From contig OZ316892.1 of NCBI GenBank assembly GCA_973895155.1, forward strand, positions 11,410,238-11,474,237: DNA of 64,000 nt. The letters run 5' to 3'. The DNA comes from Marsupella aquatica (taxonomy: Eukaryota > Plantae > Marchantiophyta). The position numbers and the translations under genes were made by a program. Numbering within the stretch: position 1 is the stretch's first letter; each line of letters opens with the position of its first letter. Below the pieces are notes generated by a model, which had not been told where the DNA came from, ran no database searches, and saw only the letters and a list, made by a program, of their open reading frames with translations. Shown here piece after piece: positions 61,443 to 64,000 of the stretch.

Positions 61443-63752
61443 TTATGTATATGCATAAGGTCGAGCGAAAACCGTGGGCTGGGGTTTAGAGAAGAGCAGT
61501 TTTGCGATAGTCCGATCTATAGGATTTGTTTCTGTCTCCACCACACTCATACTGGTACCCCTGCACAAGGTCAAGAGCAGTTCAGAAGATGGCCCTCAAA
61601 ACAGAGATAGAAATGACTGATCTTTCATAAACTCTGAAACACAGAATAAGGAAAAGATGAATTTATGCCCGTTCAACTACACTGCACAACTTCAATTAGA
61701 TGCTTGGGCACTTGCCACATAAACAGCATATTACAGTTTTCATGGTCAAAATATTTCTTGGTACCTTACAAAATTTGCGAGAGGCACAAAGATTGGAGGT
61801 GGCAGCCATCCCTAAAAGTTAAGGATGGCAAGATGTAGATTGGCGAAGGGCAACAATCCAGACAAGAGAAAATACGCAGAGAACAAAATTCGAACGTACT
61901 GGGATTGTCTAGAAGACGGAGGCCCACTAGCTGTTGAGGATTCTACAGCATTTGCTGCATCACTGTCTTGTTCCCTGGACTCTTGACTGCCATTCAGATT
62001 ATCAGAGCCGGCTGCCCTCCGCTTCATGGCACTTCTTGCAAGACGGTATAAACCATCTCGAATGCACACTCTAGTGCCTAATTCCAGCTGCAAACAAATG
62101 GAACACTAGTTAACACTGTCCGGTATAATTTTGTAACTGCGCAGTGGATGCCTGTTTCCTCGTAGGACTCCAATGCTTACGGCATGCAGCTCTCTGCTAT
62201 TAATTCGCTACACAACTTTGAACAGCAAAGGAAAGCGTTGGAAGATCCAGGTACGGAATACATACTGCTGATACTGTAGACTTCAGTTGACATAGGACGG
62301 AACCCTCCAAGCAATAATCTCCATTCTCGTTTGTTGACGGAAGGTTCCCCTCCTTTACAACAAGCCTTTGGGCGGCGTCTGGCGAATCCACCACAGGATT
62401 CATAACTAGGTCAGAAGTCGACTTCGAAGGTCTTCTCGGCTGATTCGGTAGTGAATCATGACACGTCCCCACCTGCTGCTTTTGGTACGTTTGATCTACT
62501 CCATCCCCATTATGAGATGCAAGCAACTGCTGCTGCTGTTGTTCGACAGCCATCCTAGCTTGCATCTGCTGACGCCACCGTAGCTTGTCCATCTTCTCTT
62601 GCGGAGTCATGTTCAGACTGCTGGTTGGAGGACGGTTCGAGACATCATAAGCCCAACTGGGTCCCAACCGACTGGCCTGAGGTAGCAGTACTGGTCCCTG
62701 AGAGACTGCTTGCGGAATATCAACAAACATGGATTGAGGACGCTGCATCTGCATCATGGGAACAGAAGGAGATGACATCGCAGGCAGACGGTGTACAGGG
62801 TATGCTACTTGGATGTATGGAACTCCCTGAGACATTTGCAGTTGATGAGGAGCACTTATCACTCCAGGTGTTGCGGTTGGGGGGAAGTATTGGAGTGGAT
62901 ATGTAGTAGCTGGCTGCAAAAGCGGTGGTCGGCCAGATATTCTCAAAGGACGAGCTTGTAATTGTCTTCCGTCGACAATCTGGGCGTTATAAGGCGGTCC
63001 GGGTGAAAGTTTTCGATAAGAAGTAATTCGCTTGAATCTGTCCTCGCTACGCTTTCGGTTTGAAGCATGCCGACGTGCTCGATGGGCCTATCCAATACGT
63101 CAGTCCATCAGATAATTAGAACAAAAGGGTGCAGAACAAGTGGCCTCAATCAACAGTGGACAAGTAGCTTTGTCGACGAGACTGGAGCTCGAGAGATGGT
63201 GAAAAGAAGGTCACGGGGACGGGGACGGAGAAAAACTTAGTTCCGCCGGGTCAACCAATCTCAGCAACTTGTTGTTGCCCATGAAACGGCACAATGAAGA
63301 TCTTGCGAGACTAACAAATGCGTCTAGAAAGGGATCAAGAACACTAGCCGGGTCAAGGACAAGATAGGAAGACTTTTAACCCAAATGTGGCATTTTGAAG
63401 GATTCCCAAGTTGGTTTCTAATAAACCTAGTCCGGACAGCGTGTATTGCCACCAATCCCCCCAAAACGGACATCCAAACTTTCATTACAATGAGGGGTAA
63501 AATCTGGACAGCGTGTATTGCCACCAATCCCCCCAAAACGGACATCCAAACTTTCATTAAATGAGGGGTAAAATTTGCTATGTTGAAACCTGACCTCGAC
63601 ACTAACTTGGCTACTAGTGGCAAGTGGTAAGCGCGCTGTCCAAAGACAAGTACCTGAGCCATGCTAACCTTTCCAGTTTTACAAGGGGAAGGCCTTGACA
63701 CTCTTGTTCCTTCAGGCGGCATATCCTTGGGCAGGACAGTCGCTCGGGCTGG
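61443..63752 (-). CDS. LNK: LNK (night light-inducible and clock-regulated) family protein, 3' exons; 5' part lies beyond the window
   Basis: Exons 63087-62266, 62087-61900 and 61560-61443 splice in frame to give MTPQEKMDKLRWRQQMQA, LELGTRVCIRDGLYRLARSA and ETETNPIDRTIAKLLF, the conserved LNK blocks. The exon at about 63656-63752 is less certain. Confidence 0.88.
63434..63576. repeat. Two-copy tandem repeat, about 72 bp, in an LNK intron
   Basis: GGACAGCGTGTATTGCCACCAATCCCCCCAAAACGGACATCCAAACTTTCATTA occurs twice. Confidence 0.88.
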
Positions 63753-64000
63753 CTGCCAGATGGAAAAATTGAAAAGACTCAATAAGAAGTGACAATTAAT
63801 CATAAAGGATGGGGTTTCACGAAATCCACTTGGCCCTGTATCAACACGAACTCGAGGATAAAAGGTTTCGGCTCCCAAAAGGAACTAGCCAGCTGAAGAA
63901 AAGCATGAACGGATATACAGGAGTGTCCATGGCATCTATATATACAAGAGTGGGTGCCACAATCCACCACAAACACCGGAACTAGGGCACTACTTGACAC

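Noticed and set aside
63324-63878. 184-aa ORF
   Set aside because: Mostly LNK intron, including a 72-bp duplication. Only about 63656-63752 looks exonic.

Overview
Land-plant nuclear DNA, probably a bryophyte such as a liverwort (inference only). Positions 1-30 kb are transposon-rich and 30-64 kb carry host genes. The main feature is a complete 16.0-kb Mutator-like element (2833-18841; TIRs of about 320/340 bp; exact 10-bp TSD TGAGAATGAC). Besides a decayed MuDR transposase it carries three accessory genes: a membrane-anchored protein with an RNase H1 N-terminal (hybrid/dsRNA-binding) domain but no nuclease, a basic Pro-rich gene built from tandemly amplified exon+intron modules, and a CACTA TnpA-like gene with one CACTA terminus and its subterminal repeats. 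A 114-bp tandem array separates the convergent genes. Other mobile DNA: a young Ty1/Copia element (22708-29238), two related solo/degenerate LTRs, tRNA-derived SINEs and mariner/pogo-type MITEs, several nested. Host genes: an intronless ABCC/MRP transporter, a FAD-dependent oxidoreductase, a UVI4/OSD1-like APC/C inhibitor, Elongin C (with a lone uORF) and the 3' part of an LNK clock gene. A pre-miRNA-like hairpin lies at about 57.3 kb. All calls come from reading the sequence by eye; no searches were run.
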